Assembly: GCA_963743305.1 (NCBI GenBank)
Contig: CAVUPH010000014.1
Location: forward strand, 224,001-288,000
Source of the DNA: an uncultured delta proteobacterium
Lineage (GTDB): Bacteria > Desulfobacterota > RBG-13-43-22
DNA length: 64,000 nucleotides
Reading direction: 5' to 3'
Below are positions 10,286 through 20,309 of the stretch, in pieces. Position 1 is the first letter of the stretch. Each line of letters begins with the position of its first letter. Both the position numbers and the translations under genes were made by a program. The notes under the pieces were generated by a model. That model did not search any database and was not told the origin of the DNA. It saw nothing but the letters and a program-made list of their open reading frames with translations.

Positions 10286-11203
10286 ATGGATCAAGCGGAA
10301 GGTTTAAGGAAGATGGTCAACGGCGCCCAGGTTGATTTCAAGGCCCTGCAGTCCGCCCCCAGCGCCTCGCTGTCGCCGAATGACAGCCCACAGGTGATCT
10401 CCATTTCCAGCGGCAAAGGTGGAGTGGGGAAAACCAATATTGTGGTCAACCTGGCTTTGGCCCTGACCCGGTTAGGGAAGAGGGTTCTGATCCTGGATGC
10501 CGACCTGGGATTGGCGAATATTGATATTTTACTCGGATTGAATCCGCGCTACACCATCGAGCACTTGCTGACCGGTCAGAAGCGACTAGAGGATATTTTA
10601 GTCCAGGGTCCGGAAGGAATGGTGATCCTGCCGGCCGGGTCCGGGATCCCGGAACTGGCCGACTTAAGTGAGGGTCAAAAACTTTTTCTCTTGAGCGAGA
10701 TGGATCAATTGTCGCAGCGCATCGATCTCCTCTTAATTGACACCGGCGCGGGAATCTCGGCTAATGTGCTCTATTTCAACCTGGCCGCCCAGGAATCGAT
10801 CATCATTATCACTCCGGAGCCCACTTCCCTGACCGATGCCTATGCTTTGATCAAGGTGCTGGCCACCCGACATCAAAAAAAGCATTTTATGGTCCTCGCC
10901 AATTCCGTGACCACTGAACCGGAGGCCAAGGAAGTCTTTAGAAAAATCAGTCTGGTCGCCGATCGTTTTTTAGGCAGTGTCTCTTTGGATTATCTGGGGT
11001 TTATTCCTTTGGATGATCATGTCCTCAAGGCGGTCAGGAAACAAAAGGCCGTCCTGGAGCTCTTTCCGCAATCTCCGGCCGGGAAAAGTTTTATGGCCCT
11101 CTCGCAGCGCCTGCTGGACCGGCCCTTTCGTAACCGAAACGAAGGCAATATTCAGTTTTTCTGGAAGCAGGTCTGGGAGCATTCCCATTTTAACGTCTCA
11201 TGA
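10286..11203 (+). CDS. flhG: MinD-like ATPase FlhG/FleN
   Basis: MDQAEGLR N-terminus, SGKGGVGKT, DADLGLAN, PEPTSLTDAY. Confidence 0.95.
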   Translation: MDQAEGLRKMVNGAQVDFKALQSAPSASLSPNDSPQVISISSGKGGVGKTNIVVNLALALTRLGKRVLILDADLGLANIDILLGLNPRYTIEHLLTGQKRLEDILVQGPEGMVILPAGSGIPELADLSEGQKLFLLSEMDQLSQRIDLLLIDTGAGISANVLYFNLAAQESIIIITPEPTSLTDAYALIKVLATRHQKKHFMVLANSVTTEPEAKEVFRKISLVADRFLGSVSLDYLGFIPLDDHVLKAVRKQKAVLELFPQSPAGKSFMALSQRLLDRPFRNRNEGNIQFFWKQVWEHSHFNVS

Positions 11204-12021
11204 AAAGGATGACTGCTTTGAAAGCAAGTTTACAAAATTTTAACCAGGTGAACGGATCGGCCCCCTTGAGGGCTTACGGCTCCGACCCGGAACCGTCGGC
11301 CGAGCGGGAGACCTTGATTCTCAAATACGCCCCGTTAATCAAATACATCGCCCATCGTTTGGCCATGCGGCTTCCGGCTCACGTCTCCGTGGAAGATTTG
11401 ATCAGTGCCGGGGCCATCGGATTGATGGATGCCCTGAATAAATTTGACCCGGGCAAGAAGGTCCAGTTCTCTACCTATGCGGAGTACCGGATTAAAGGGG
11501 CCATGCTGGACGAATTGAGGGCCCTGGACTGGGTACCTCGTTCGGTGCGGCAGAAGATGTCTCGTCTGGACAAGGCCTACTGGGAACTGGAAAAAGAAAA
11601 AGGCCGCCCGGTGGAAGATGAGGAGATGGCCGAGGCCTTGGGGGTGACGCTCACCGATTTTTATGGACTGCTCAATGACACCAATCGGGTATCGCTCCTG
11701 GATATCGAAAATCTACCGCGTCAATTAGCCGGTTTAAAAGATGATGAATTGGTGCAGTTGCTCCGGGATGATGAACATCGGGATCCCGCCTTTCAATTAA
11801 GCCTCATGGAAGTGAAAAAAATCTTGGCCCAGGCCATCGAGCGATTGTCCCAGAAAGAAAAAACCATCATCTCGCTTTATTATTATGAAGAAATGACCTT
11901 AAAGGAAATCGGCCAGATTATGGGATTTACCGAATCCCGAATTTGCCAAATTCATTCCAAGGTTATCTTGAAGTTACGGGTCCAACTGAAAAAAGTATTC
12001 GATGCGGAAAGGTTATCATAA
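11200..12021 (+). CDS. fliA: RNA polymerase sigma-28 factor
   Basis: DLISAGAIGL, RIKGAMLDELR.LDWVPRSVR, region 4 TESRICQIH. Confidence 0.96.
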   Translation: MKRMTALKASLQNFNQVNGSAPLRAYGSDPEPSAERETLILKYAPLIKYIAHRLAMRLPAHVSVEDLISAGAIGLMDALNKFDPGKKVQFSTYAEYRIKGAMLDELRALDWVPRSVRQKMSRLDKAYWELEKEKGRPVEDEEMAEALGVTLTDFYGLLNDTNRVSLLDIENLPRQLAGLKDDELVQLLRDDEHRDPAFQLSLMEVKKILAQAIERLSQKEKTIISLYYYEEMTLKEIGQIMGFTESRICQIHSKVILKLRVQLKKVFDAERLS

Positions 12022-12048
12022 CTTCTGGTCAAAAAGGGGGAGCTGGAT

Positions 12049-12429
12049 ATGGATGTTAAGATGAGGGTTTTGGTGGTGGATGATTTTTCCACTATGCGGC
12101 GGATTGTCAAAAATATTCTTCGGCAGTTGGGATTTGAAAACATTTTGGAAGCCGACGACGGGATGAGCGCCCTGGACGTGTTGCGCAGCCAGAAGGTCGA
12201 TTTCATCATTTCCGACTGGAATATGCCTCGCTTTTCCGGGATCGAACTGCTAAAAGCCGTCCGGACCAATGAAGAGTGGAAAGACCTCCCCTTCCTGATG
12301 GTTACGGCCGAAGGTCAAAAGGAAAACGTGATTGAGGCCGTCAAAGCCAAGGTCAGCAATTATATTGTCAAGCCTTTTACGCCGGAAACGTTGGCCGAAA
12401 AGATCAAGAAAATTTTTGAAAAAGGGTAA
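12049..12429 (+). CDS. cheY: Chemotaxis response regulator CheY
   Basis: VVDDFSTMRRI, DWNMP, VTAE, YIVKPF. Confidence 0.96.
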   Translation: MDVKMRVLVVDDFSTMRRIVKNILRQLGFENILEADDGMSALDVLRSQKVDFIISDWNMPRFSGIELLKAVRTNEEWKDLPFLMVTAEGQKENVIEAVKAKVSNYIVKPFTPETLAEKIKKIFEKG

Positions 12430-12432
12430 ATC

Positions 12433-12921
12433 ATGACTCGCCGGGGACGGTTTTTTTTCTCAAAGAAAGGATGGGGCCTGATCCTCCTGGCGCTGATCCT
12501 CTGCGGAGGATGGTGGCTCTCCAGCCAGGGACGGCCGGGGGATGACCGGCTAACCGCCTTTTTATTCACTAAAGCCGCTACCCCTTTACCCGTCCGGGAA
12601 ATACCCGGAACCGGGCGCAGAGAAATGAAGGGCTGGAAGCTGACCCCTTTTTGGCTGTCGCTGGTTCACCAGGGACAGCCTACCCTGGCGGAGATTCGGG
12701 TGGCCTTGCAGCTTGCCGCCCCCTTCAGTCCTGATGAAGGATCGATCCGCTTAAGGGAATTGCGGGAGACCGTTTGGAGTGTTTTACGGGCGCCCGAAGA
12801 TACCCTGTTGCAACCGGGGGGAAGAAATCGGATGGAAGAGACTTTGACGGTTCGCTTGAATGAGAACATTTTTCAAGGAACACTAAAGGGGGTAACGCTG
12901 GAGATCTTTCCCTGGTCGTAG
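12433..12921 (+). CDS. Divergent FliL-like single-TM protein
   Basis: N-term TM helix; C-term LRETVWSVL...GRNRMEETL..RLN resembles the FliL helix pattern. Confidence 0.55.
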   Translation: MTRRGRFFFSKKGWGLILLALILCGGWWLSSQGRPGDDRLTAFLFTKAATPLPVREIPGTGRREMKGWKLTPFWLSLVHQGQPTLAEIRVALQLAAPFSPDEGSIRLRELRETVWSVLRAPEDTLLQPGGRNRMEETLTVRLNENIFQGTLKGVTLEIFPWS

Positions 12922-12958
12922 AGTTCCCAGGGACCGGCCTTCCTCTCCGAAGATCGTT

Positions 12959-13177
12959 ATGGCTGACAGTTTCCTATCCACACCGCTCAATCAAACGGTA
13001 CCGGTGAACCAGCTCCGGGATTCCAAACAGGAGGTGCTGGACCGCTACGGGAAAAGGCCGCGGCCGAAGAAACCCGAAGGACTGCCCCCGAAGCCGGAAG
13101 AAGAAGAGAAATCCGCAACCCCGGAGATCGAAGAGGAAACCAAAAAATCCGGGAAGATTTTGGACATCGTCATCTGA
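12959..13177 (+). CDS. Small hypothetical flagellar-cluster protein
   Basis: 72 aa, charged and Pro-rich, C-term SGKILDIVI; fills the operon gap. Confidence 0.6.
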   Translation: MADSFLSTPLNQTVPVNQLRDSKQEVLDRYGKRPRPKKPEGLPPKPEEEEKSATPEIEEETKKSGKILDIVI

Positions 13178-13184
13178 AAAAATT

Positions 13185-13646
13185 ATGAATATGGAAAATC
13201 CCATCTTTTGGATGACCGTCCTAGAAGCGGCGGCCATTGTGATCTTATCCGTCTCGATCCTCTGGATGCTCTGGGCCAAAAGAACCGGAAAGTGGGCTGC
13301 CGGCGAGCAAGCTCCCGCGCTGCCGATCGAAGAACTCAGGCAACTAATGGAAGAATCCCAGGTCATTACCCGGGACCTGGCCGTAAATTTAAAGGAAAAA
13401 AAATTGATTTCCCATCAATTGCTAGAGCAATTGGATGAAAAAATCAATAAATTAACTTGGCTGCTGGGTCGGGCCGAGGAAGCATCCCTTCAGCCTCGGC
13501 CGACGGAGAACACCACCAACATCTACGTTAAAGCTATTGAATTGGCGGATCAAGGCCTTTCTCTACCGGAAATCGAGCAACAACTCCACCTGGCCAAAGG
13601 GGAGGTCCAATTACTGTTGGACCTGAAGGCCTACTGCCTGAAATAA
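13185..13646 (+). CDS. Membrane-anchored coiled-coil protein (DUF2802/DUF6115-like)
   Basis: N-term TM helix, coiled coil, C-term HTH-like LADQGLSLPEI...KGEVQLLLDL. Confidence 0.7.
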   Translation: MNMENPIFWMTVLEAAAIVILSVSILWMLWAKRTGKWAAGEQAPALPIEELRQLMEESQVITRDLAVNLKEKKLISHQLLEQLDEKINKLTWLLGRAEEASLQPRPTENTTNIYVKAIELADQGLSLPEIEQQLHLAKGEVQLLLDLKAYCLK

Positions 13647-13662
13647 ATCACCGAGGACCTTC

Positions 13663-14751
13663 GTGCCGATCCCCTCTTTGGACGCCATCCTAAACGCCGT
13701 CGGAATAACCCTTCTGCCTGCCAAACCGATCGATCGGGACTGGTTCACTCTGGGAGAAATCATCCCGGTGAAATGGGTACGTTCTCTGGACCCGCAACGG
13801 ATCCTCATCCAGGTTAAAGGGAGGGAACTGGTTGCCGAAACGGCTTTCCCCCTTCCCGAGGGGACTGAATTCCAGGCGCGGGTGGAGCAATTGGAACCCC
13901 GCATAATCTTTAAGTTCCTGATGCCGGCCAGCGGCGATTCGGTTTCTTTCAGCCTGCTTAAAAAATATTGGGTCGGCGATCCGCCGCTGGAGAGGCTGGT
14001 CGAAAGTTGGAAAGCGCTCGAAAACTCCCAAGGACCTTCTCGGTCCAAGGAAGTTCAGGAGACCTGGACCCGAATCCGGGAGACGATCAAGATTTTTTCC
14101 GGGATGCTGGAAGCCGGCGCGGATCCCCAGGCCTTGGCCCGGATCATTGATCAATCGGGTCTGAACTTGGAAAATAAAATACGGCGAATAATCAATGCGG
14201 ACGGAAAGCCTTTCCCAGCAGACCTGCTGCTTGGGGACCTGAAAGGCCTGCTCTTAAAAATGAAGGCCCAGTTGGAACGGGTTGCACCGGAAACGGCTCA
14301 TGAACTTCAACCACTTATCCAAAAGATGGAGCTCTACCAATTGCTCAATGCCGGGGAGGGAGACCCTTCTAAACTCCTCCTCCTAATTCCCTTTCTTTTC
14401 CCGGAAGGGCTTCGCTGGACGGAAATCCTATTTTCCGGGGATCGGGGAGGCCGAGAATCCGCCGAAGAACGGGGAAACGGCCTTCTTTTTCTCCTGGACC
14501 TGCCGGCTCTGGGAAAATTGCAGGTTGAGATCCAAATCCGTGAAAACCGTCTGCACGGCCGTTTCAAAACGGCGGATCCAAGGATCGGGGAATATTTGCA
14601 GGAAAACCTGTCCCGACTGGCAGACCGCCTGGGGCTGGCCGGATATTTGGCGGATATCGAAATCCGGGTGGTGGACCCGCAGCAACTCCAGGAGATCCTA
14701 CCGGCCCGGATGGAAAGTTTCCCGGATTCCTTGGTGAGCCTGGTGGTTTGA
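13663..14751 (+). CDS. FliK-like hook-length-control C-terminal domain protein
   Basis: C-term LDLPALGKLQVEI...L..AGY T3S4-like pattern; directly upstream of a FlhB-like gene. Confidence 0.65.
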   Translation: MPIPSLDAILNAVGITLLPAKPIDRDWFTLGEIIPVKWVRSLDPQRILIQVKGRELVAETAFPLPEGTEFQARVEQLEPRIIFKFLMPASGDSVSFSLLKKYWVGDPPLERLVESWKALENSQGPSRSKEVQETWTRIRETIKIFSGMLEAGADPQALARIIDQSGLNLENKIRRIINADGKPFPADLLLGDLKGLLLKMKAQLERVAPETAHELQPLIQKMELYQLLNAGEGDPSKLLLLIPFLFPEGLRWTEILFSGDRGGRESAEERGNGLLFLLDLPALGKLQVEIQIRENRLHGRFKTADPRIGEYLQENLSRLADRLGLAGYLADIEIRVVDPQQLQEILPARMESFPDSLVSLVV

Positions 14752-15038
14752 TGGCGCGGAAAAAGGAATTTCACCAGGCGGCTGCCTTGAAATATCACCC
14801 GGGCCAGGATTCGGCCCCCCGGGTCACGGCCCGAGGGTCCGGCCTGGTGGCGGAAAAGATTATTGATCTGGCTCGCCGAAACGGCATTCCCATTAAGGAG
14901 GATCCGGCCCTGATTCAGGTCCTGTCAAAACTGGATCTCAATCAGGAAATTCCACCGGCTGTTTATGTAGTGGTGGCCGAGATCCTGGCTTTCGTCTATT
15001 CCCTTAACAAAGGATACGCGGGAGCCAAGAAATCTTAA
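14748..15038 (+). CDS. FlhB cytoplasmic-domain-like protein (FlhX/YlqH type)
   Basis: AAALKY..APRVTARG..AEKII...EIPP..Y.VVAEILAFVY; no TM segment and no NPTH. Confidence 0.9.
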   Translation: MMARKKEFHQAAALKYHPGQDSAPRVTARGSGLVAEKIIDLARRNGIPIKEDPALIQVLSKLDLNQEIPPAVYVVVAEILAFVYSLNKGYAGAKKS

Positions 15039-15252
15039 GTTTCAGCGACAAAACTTCACTCTAGGTAAAAATTTCCTATCCGGGCAAAACGGCACACCCT
15101 GGAGGGACTCCGGGGAAGCAATTCAAGCCTTCTCCGGGCTGATACTTATCGGGTGGGCTGGAGAGATAAAAAATATATAATGAATTTAATTAGTTAAATT
15201 TAGTGGGGCCATTCCCGGCCTGGCCAAGGATTCGGCCCTAGGACAGACCCAA

Positions 15253-15268
15253 TGGCACAGGCATTGCA
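15253..15268 (+). promoter_or_regulatory. Sigma54 promoter of the flgF operon
   Basis: TGGCAC-AGGCA-TTGCA consensus match; AT-rich tract upstream (about 15166-15200). Confidence 0.85.
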
Positions 15269-15300
15269 GACATGAATACTAAACGAGGGGAGAGACGATC

Positions 15301-16026
15301 TTGAATCAAAACCTGGCCCCGCTGGGCGCCTTACATCAGGAAAGAAGAATCAGCATCCTGGCCAATAACCTGAGTAATTCCATGACGGTGGGATTCAAAA
15401 AAGATATCCCTGTTTTTAATTCCATTTTTTTTAATGAACAGGAACAACTCAGAAATCAAAAGATGGAGACCACCCAGACCGATTTCAGCCAGGGGGAACT
15501 CCAGCGGACCGGCAACGACCTGGACCTGGCCCTGACGGGGGAAGGATTTTTTAAGATCAGCACTCCGTTGGGAATCCGCTACTCCCGAGCCGGTAATTTC
15601 CGTCTGGATGCCCAGGGACGATTGGTCAACGCCGGCGGCTATCCGGTATTGGGAGAAGGTGGGGAAATCACCCTGGACGGCAAGAAAAAAATCACCGTAG
15701 GTACGGATGGGAGCATCCGGGCCCAAGGGGTGGAAGCCGGCAGCACAGCGGAAACCGTGGGCAAGCCGGTCTTAGTGCGATTTAAGGATTCGAGTCTGCT
15801 CAAGAAAGAGGGACACGCCCTTTTTCGTCTCGATGAGCCCCAGCCGGAACTGGGGGTGGAAGGTTTGGAGGTCCAACAGGGTTACCTGGAAACGGCCAAT
15901 GTGAACGCCGTAGAAGAAATGACCAAAATGATGGAGGCCTTCCGGACCTATGAGAACTGCCTGAAAATTATGCAGGCTAATGATGAAATGACCGGCAAAG
16001 CCGTCAACGAGGTGGGTCGAACGTAA
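15301..16026 (+). CDS. flgF: Flagellar basal-body rod protein FlgF
   Basis: ANNLSN..TVGFK, TGNDLDLAL.GEGFF, YSRAGNF, LETANVNAVEEM; TTG start. Confidence 0.9.
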   Translation: MNQNLAPLGALHQERRISILANNLSNSMTVGFKKDIPVFNSIFFNEQEQLRNQKMETTQTDFSQGELQRTGNDLDLALTGEGFFKISTPLGIRYSRAGNFRLDAQGRLVNAGGYPVLGEGGEITLDGKKKITVGTDGSIRAQGVEAGSTAETVGKPVLVRFKDSSLLKKEGHALFRLDEPQPELGVEGLEVQQGYLETANVNAVEEMTKMMEAFRTYENCLKIMQANDEMTGKAVNEVGRT

Positions 16027-16084
16027 CCCAATGAATCCTAAATAAAATTAGATCGAAATGAATAAATAAGGAGAAAGACACAAG

Positions 16085-16867
16085 ATGATACGCGGACTCT
16101 GGACGGCTGCCACCGGCATGTCGGCCCAACAATCGAATGTGGCTGTTATCGCCAACAACCTGGCCAATGTTAATACCGCCGGCTTCAAACGCAGCCGGAC
16201 CAACTTCCAGGATTTGATGTACCAAAATATCCGCAACGCCGGTGCTTCGACTTCGGAAGGGAGCCAGTTGCCGGTGGGCATCCAAGTGGGCATGGGCACC
16301 AAGGTCATTTCGGTCAGCAAAAATTTTCAACAGGGGGATTACACCCATACCAACAACCCCCTGGATCTGGCCATTGACGGCCGCGGTTTTTTCAAGCTGA
16401 TCAGTAACGACCGGGAGGTGTACACCCGGGCCGGGTCCTTCAAAACCGACAAGGATGGGTACATCATGGACAGCAATGGGAGCCGGCTCCAGCCTGAATT
16501 TGCCGTGCCTTCCCAAACCACGACCATCACCGTGGGTTCGGGGGGAAAATTGGTCTGCACCGATGCCGCCGGCAAGGAATTGGGGAGCGTCCAGATGCAG
16601 GTCTATGATTTCATCAACCCCGCCGGGCTTCAGGCCATCGGACAGAATTACTTTGTCACTACCGACGGATCCGGGGACCCGGTGGAAGGCAACCCCGGGA
16701 CGGAACAGTTTGGGTCCATCAGCCAAGGGTTCCTGGAAATGTCTAACGTGGATATCGTCGAGGAAATGGTGACCATGATCATCGCCCAGCGGGCCTATGA
16801 AATCAGCGCCAAGGCGATTCAAACCGGAGATGAAATGCTCCAACAGGTGAATAACCTCAAGCGTTAA
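16085..16867 (+). CDS. flgG: Flagellar distal rod protein FlgG
   Basis: 260 aa; ANNLANVNTAGFK..FQDLMYQ, LEMSNVDIVEEMV. Confidence 0.97.
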   Translation: MIRGLWTAATGMSAQQSNVAVIANNLANVNTAGFKRSRTNFQDLMYQNIRNAGASTSEGSQLPVGIQVGMGTKVISVSKNFQQGDYTHTNNPLDLAIDGRGFFKLISNDREVYTRAGSFKTDKDGYIMDSNGSRLQPEFAVPSQTTTITVGSGGKLVCTDAAGKELGSVQMQVYDFINPAGLQAIGQNYFVTTDGSGDPVEGNPGTEQFGSISQGFLEMSNVDIVEEMVTMIIAQRAYEISAKAIQTGDEMLQQVNNLKR

Positions 16868-16876
16868 GGGAGTCTT

Positions 16877-17887
16877 ATGGAACTTATTAGGCAGACCTTG
16901 AAGAATTCAATTCGTATTTTGGGAATCGCCATCGGCTTCGGGCTGCTGAGCCTGAGTTACATCGGCGGCACCTGGGGAGCGGAGTCCGGCCCGCGAATGG
17001 TTTTCAAAAGCCGGGCGACTGTTTCCGGTGAGTGGATCCGGGTCGGCGATGTAGCGGACCTTAAAGGGTTGCGGAGCGCCTTGACGGCGGAGATCAATCA
17101 ATTGCCGATCAAACGGGCACCCGAACCCGGGGAGGCCGCGGTGGTGACCAGCGAGGAGGTCGCCTCGGCCCTGGAAACCGTCCCGGAGTGGATTCGCCGG
17201 CCTTGGGAGCTTGCGCCTCAAAAAATCACCGTTATTCGAGAAGGGCGTGTCCTGGGAGCGGAAGAGATCGGTCGAATCATAGCAGGTCATATCAGCAAAA
17301 ATCTGCCCGGGGGAAATATCCAAGTGGAGGTGCGGGAGGTGCGAGACTTCGAGGATGTCACCCTGCCGGCGGAAGCCCGGTCCTGTAAGGTTTGGATTTC
17401 GGAACCCCTGCGTAAAGGCGGATGGGTTCGAGCCAACCTGGTATTCTACGGGAAGGGAAAAGAATTAGAACGAATGACCGTGAGCGCCCAGGTGGACCTT
17501 TATCAAAAAGTGGTGGTGGCCGACCGCTACCTGAAGCGGCATCAGGAAATTCAGGCCGAAGACGTCCGGGTCATGCCCGTTAATCTTCAGCAACTGCCCC
17601 CGGATGCGGTCACCGACCCGCAGGAGGTCCTGGGGAAACGAATGATCGTCAACCTCAACGGACGGGAACCCATCCGGGCCTCCCTGCTCGAGGTCCCGCC
17701 TCTGGTTAAAAAGGGGGATGTGGTCAATGTCATCCTGGAAAGAAACAGCCTACGGATTTCCTGCCTCGGCGAGATTAAGGAGACCGGGCGAAAAGGCGAC
17801 CGGGTGAAACTGGTCAATCTCGGAAGCAAGAAAGAATTGTTCGCCCGGGTAGTGGACGCCGGCACTGTCCAACTGGATGTCAATTAA
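16877..17887 (+). CDS. flgA: P-ring chaperone FlgA
   Basis: Signal peptide, SAF domain, LVKKGDVV...G..GDRVKLVN.SKKEL.ARV. Confidence 0.92.
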   Translation: MELIRQTLKNSIRILGIAIGFGLLSLSYIGGTWGAESGPRMVFKSRATVSGEWIRVGDVADLKGLRSALTAEINQLPIKRAPEPGEAAVVTSEEVASALETVPEWIRRPWELAPQKITVIREGRVLGAEEIGRIIAGHISKNLPGGNIQVEVREVRDFEDVTLPAEARSCKVWISEPLRKGGWVRANLVFYGKGKELERMTVSAQVDLYQKVVVADRYLKRHQEIQAEDVRVMPVNLQQLPPDAVTDPQEVLGKRMIVNLNGREPIRASLLEVPPLVKKGDVVNVILERNSLRISCLGEIKETGRKGDRVKLVNLGSKKELFARVVDAGTVQLDVN

Positions 17888-17899
17888 GGGAACTGAACT

Positions 17900-18589
17900 A
17901 TGACCCAATCCAAGAAAATAATCTGGGGAATCTTCATCCTGCTATCGATGGCTACCGGGGCCTGCATGCCCTTAACCTCCCACCGCTTGAATGCCTCCCC
18001 GGTTGATCCGGCCCCGGCGGAGATCGCCGCCGTCTCGGAGGAGGGCTCCCTCTGGTCGGCCTCGACGGCCGCCAACCTCTTTACGGATTTAAAGGCCTCC
18101 CACGTCAATGATATCCTCACCATCAGCATCGTGGAAACGGCTTCCGCCTCGAATAACGCCTCGACCAGCCTCGACCGGCAATCCGGATTGAAGGCCGGTT
18201 GGAGCGGGATATTGGAGGCTTTCCAGCAATTAGGCATGATCAAGGAATTGGGGAATTCTCATTCAGTCGATTTCGGAAACAAATTCGACGGCCAGGGAAC
18301 CACCACCAACTCTTCTAAACTGACGGCTTTCATTACCGCCCGAGTGATCAAGGTCCGGCCCAACGGCAATTTGGTCATCCGGGGAGCCAGGGACGTGCGG
18401 GTCAATAACGAGAACCAGTATATCTATCTTCAGGGTGAGGTCCGCCCGGTGGATATCTCCTCCAGCAATGTCGTCCTGTCCACCTACATCGCCGACGCGG
18501 TCATCGAGCTGAGCGGCTACGGGGTAATCAGCGACAAGCAGCATCCGGGTTTAGTGGCCCGACTCCTGGATTGGATCTGGCCGTTTTAG
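17900..18589 (+). CDS. flgH: Flagellar L-ring lipoprotein FlgH
   Basis: Lipobox (TGAC), GSLW, LFTD.KA, PNGNL.I.G, VRPVDI, C-term WPF. Confidence 0.95.
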   Translation: MTQSKKIIWGIFILLSMATGACMPLTSHRLNASPVDPAPAEIAAVSEEGSLWSASTAANLFTDLKASHVNDILTISIVETASASNNASTSLDRQSGLKAGWSGILEAFQQLGMIKELGNSHSVDFGNKFDGQGTTTNSSKLTAFITARVIKVRPNGNLVIRGARDVRVNNENQYIYLQGEVRPVDISSSNVVLSTYIADAVIELSGYGVISDKQHPGLVARLLDWIWPF

Positions 18590-18667
18590 TACGAAAATTG
18601 ATTCTGGATAAAGATCAACAGCGATACTGGATAATAAACAATATTTCTGGAATGAAAGAAACGCTAA

Positions 18668-19909
18668 ATGGAAAACCATGTGAATAGGCCGCAGCCCGTC
18701 AACCGAACCCCGATTATTCGATCAGGCTTCACCCTGCTCCTGGTCCTGGCCCTGGCCGCCCCGGGCTGGTCGGCCCGCCTGAAAGATATCGCCTCTATCA
18801 AGGGGATCCGCAGTAACCAATTAGTTGGTTACGGTCTGGTGGTGGGGCTGAATGGGACCGGGGACAGTTCGAACAACGTCGACTTCGCCATACGCTCCAC
18901 TTTGAACATGCTGGAGCGTATGGGCGTTCATGTGGAACGGGAGCGTTTCTCCAACATCAAGCTTAAGAACGTAGCCGCGGTCATGGTCACGGCCAATCTC
19001 CCGCCCTTTGCCCGTCTGGGAAGTAAGATCGATGTGGTCATCTCTTCCATTGGAGACGCTAAAAGCCTCCAAGGGGGGACCTTGCTCTTGACCCCCTTGA
19101 AAGGGGTGGACCATCAGGTCTACGCCCTGACCCAGGGTCCGATTGCGGTGGGCGGGTATGTGGTTTCGGGGGCGGCCGGCGGAGGGGTGACTAAAAACCA
19201 TCCCACGGTGGCGACCATTTCCAAGGGTGCCATTATTGAGCGGGAGGTGCCGGTGCGTCTGGCGGACAAGAAGGAGTTGTTCCTGGCCCTCTATACCTCC
19301 GATTTCACCACCGCTGAAAAAGTCAAGGAGATCATCAACCGGTTTGCCGGTGCCGATATGGCCCGATCGCTCGATTCCGGGACCATCCGGATCTCCATTC
19401 CGGAGGGCCACCAATCCAACCCGGCAGATTGGATTGCGGCTATCGAAAGGTTGGAGGTGACCCCCGATGCCCCGGCCAAAGTTGTCGTCAATGAGCGGAC
19501 CGGCACGATCGTCATGGGCGAAAATGTCCGAATTTCCACGGTGGCCGTGGCCCACGGCAATCTGAGCATCCAGATCAAAGAAAATCTTAATGTTTCCCAG
19601 CCCCTGCCCTTCGCGCCGGGTGCCCAGCCGGGAGCGTCCGGCCGGGGGGTGACGCCCAGCGGCGCCCCACCTTCCGGTGGGGCCCCAGGACCGATTGTCG
19701 CCCCCGGGGGAGCCACGGTGGTCACCCCCGACTCGGATGTCTCGGTCAAAGAGGAAGGGAAAAAGTTGATGGTCGTTCCCCAGGGGGCTAATTTGGGCGA
19801 ACTGGTCCAGTCGTTGAATGCCATCGGGGTGACACCCCGGGACCTGATCTCCATCCTGCAGACGATCAAGTCGGCCGGCGCCTTACAGGCGGACCTGGAA
19901 ATAATCTAA
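18668..19909 (+). CDS. flgI: Flagellar P-ring protein FlgI
   Basis: RLKDI, NQLVGYGLVVGLNGTGD, SLQGGTLL, NERTGTIV, LI.ILQ.IK.AGAL. Confidence 0.97.
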   Translation: MENHVNRPQPVNRTPIIRSGFTLLLVLALAAPGWSARLKDIASIKGIRSNQLVGYGLVVGLNGTGDSSNNVDFAIRSTLNMLERMGVHVERERFSNIKLKNVAAVMVTANLPPFARLGSKIDVVISSIGDAKSLQGGTLLLTPLKGVDHQVYALTQGPIAVGGYVVSGAAGGGVTKNHPTVATISKGAIIEREVPVRLADKKELFLALYTSDFTTAEKVKEIINRFAGADMARSLDSGTIRISIPEGHQSNPADWIAAIERLEVTPDAPAKVVVNERTGTIVMGENVRISTVAVAHGNLSIQIKENLNVSQPLPFAPGAQPGASGRGVTPSGAPPSGGAPGPIVAPGGATVVTPDSDVSVKEEGKKLMVVPQGANLGELVQSLNAIGVTPRDLISILQTIKSAGALQADLEII

Positions 19910-19931
19910 TTTTTTAAGAAAAAGGGAAATA

Positions 19932-20309
19932 ATGCCGATTAACACCTTAGCCGTGAATCCGCCGCCCCTCCCGCTCCCGACGAAACCGGGTGGGAAAAAG
20001 ATCGATGAAAAGAAGCTAAAGAAGGCCTCCGAAGATTTTGAGGCCCTGTTTATCAATCAGCTCCTGCAATCCATGCGTCGGACGGTCCTGAAATCCAAAT
20101 TACTGGAAGACGCCCCCGGCAAGGAGGTTTATCAATCCCTGTTTGACCGGGAGATCAGCAAGAAAATGGCTCAAAAAGGGGCATTGGGCGTGGGTAAGCT
20201 CATCTACCGGAACGTTTTGGAACACGAAAAGGCTCGGATGGCCCGTCCGGCGAACGGTTTGCAAATGCCTGAAAGCGGAACCTTAACTGGATCGGGAGGA
20301 ACGCCATGA
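19932..20309 (+). CDS. flgJ: FlgJ rod-binding domain protein (no muramidase domain)
   Basis: LKKASEDFEALFINQLLQSMR...YQSLFD. Confidence 0.88.
   Translation: MPINTLAVNPPPLPLPTKPGGKKIDEKKLKKASEDFEALFINQLLQSMRRTVLKSKLLEDAPGKEVYQSLFDREISKKMAQKGALGVGKLIYRNVLEHEKARMARPANGLQMPESGTLTGSGGTP

Noticed and set aside
15080-15140. c-di-GMP-I riboswitch suggested by GGGCAAA
   Set aside because: Lacks the GAAA-capped stem and the GACGCAAAGC segment, and lies upstream of the sigma54 promoter.
19932-20309. Truncated flgJ as a pseudogene
   Set aside because: Rod-binding-only FlgJ is normal in many lineages, and the stop overlaps the flgN start.
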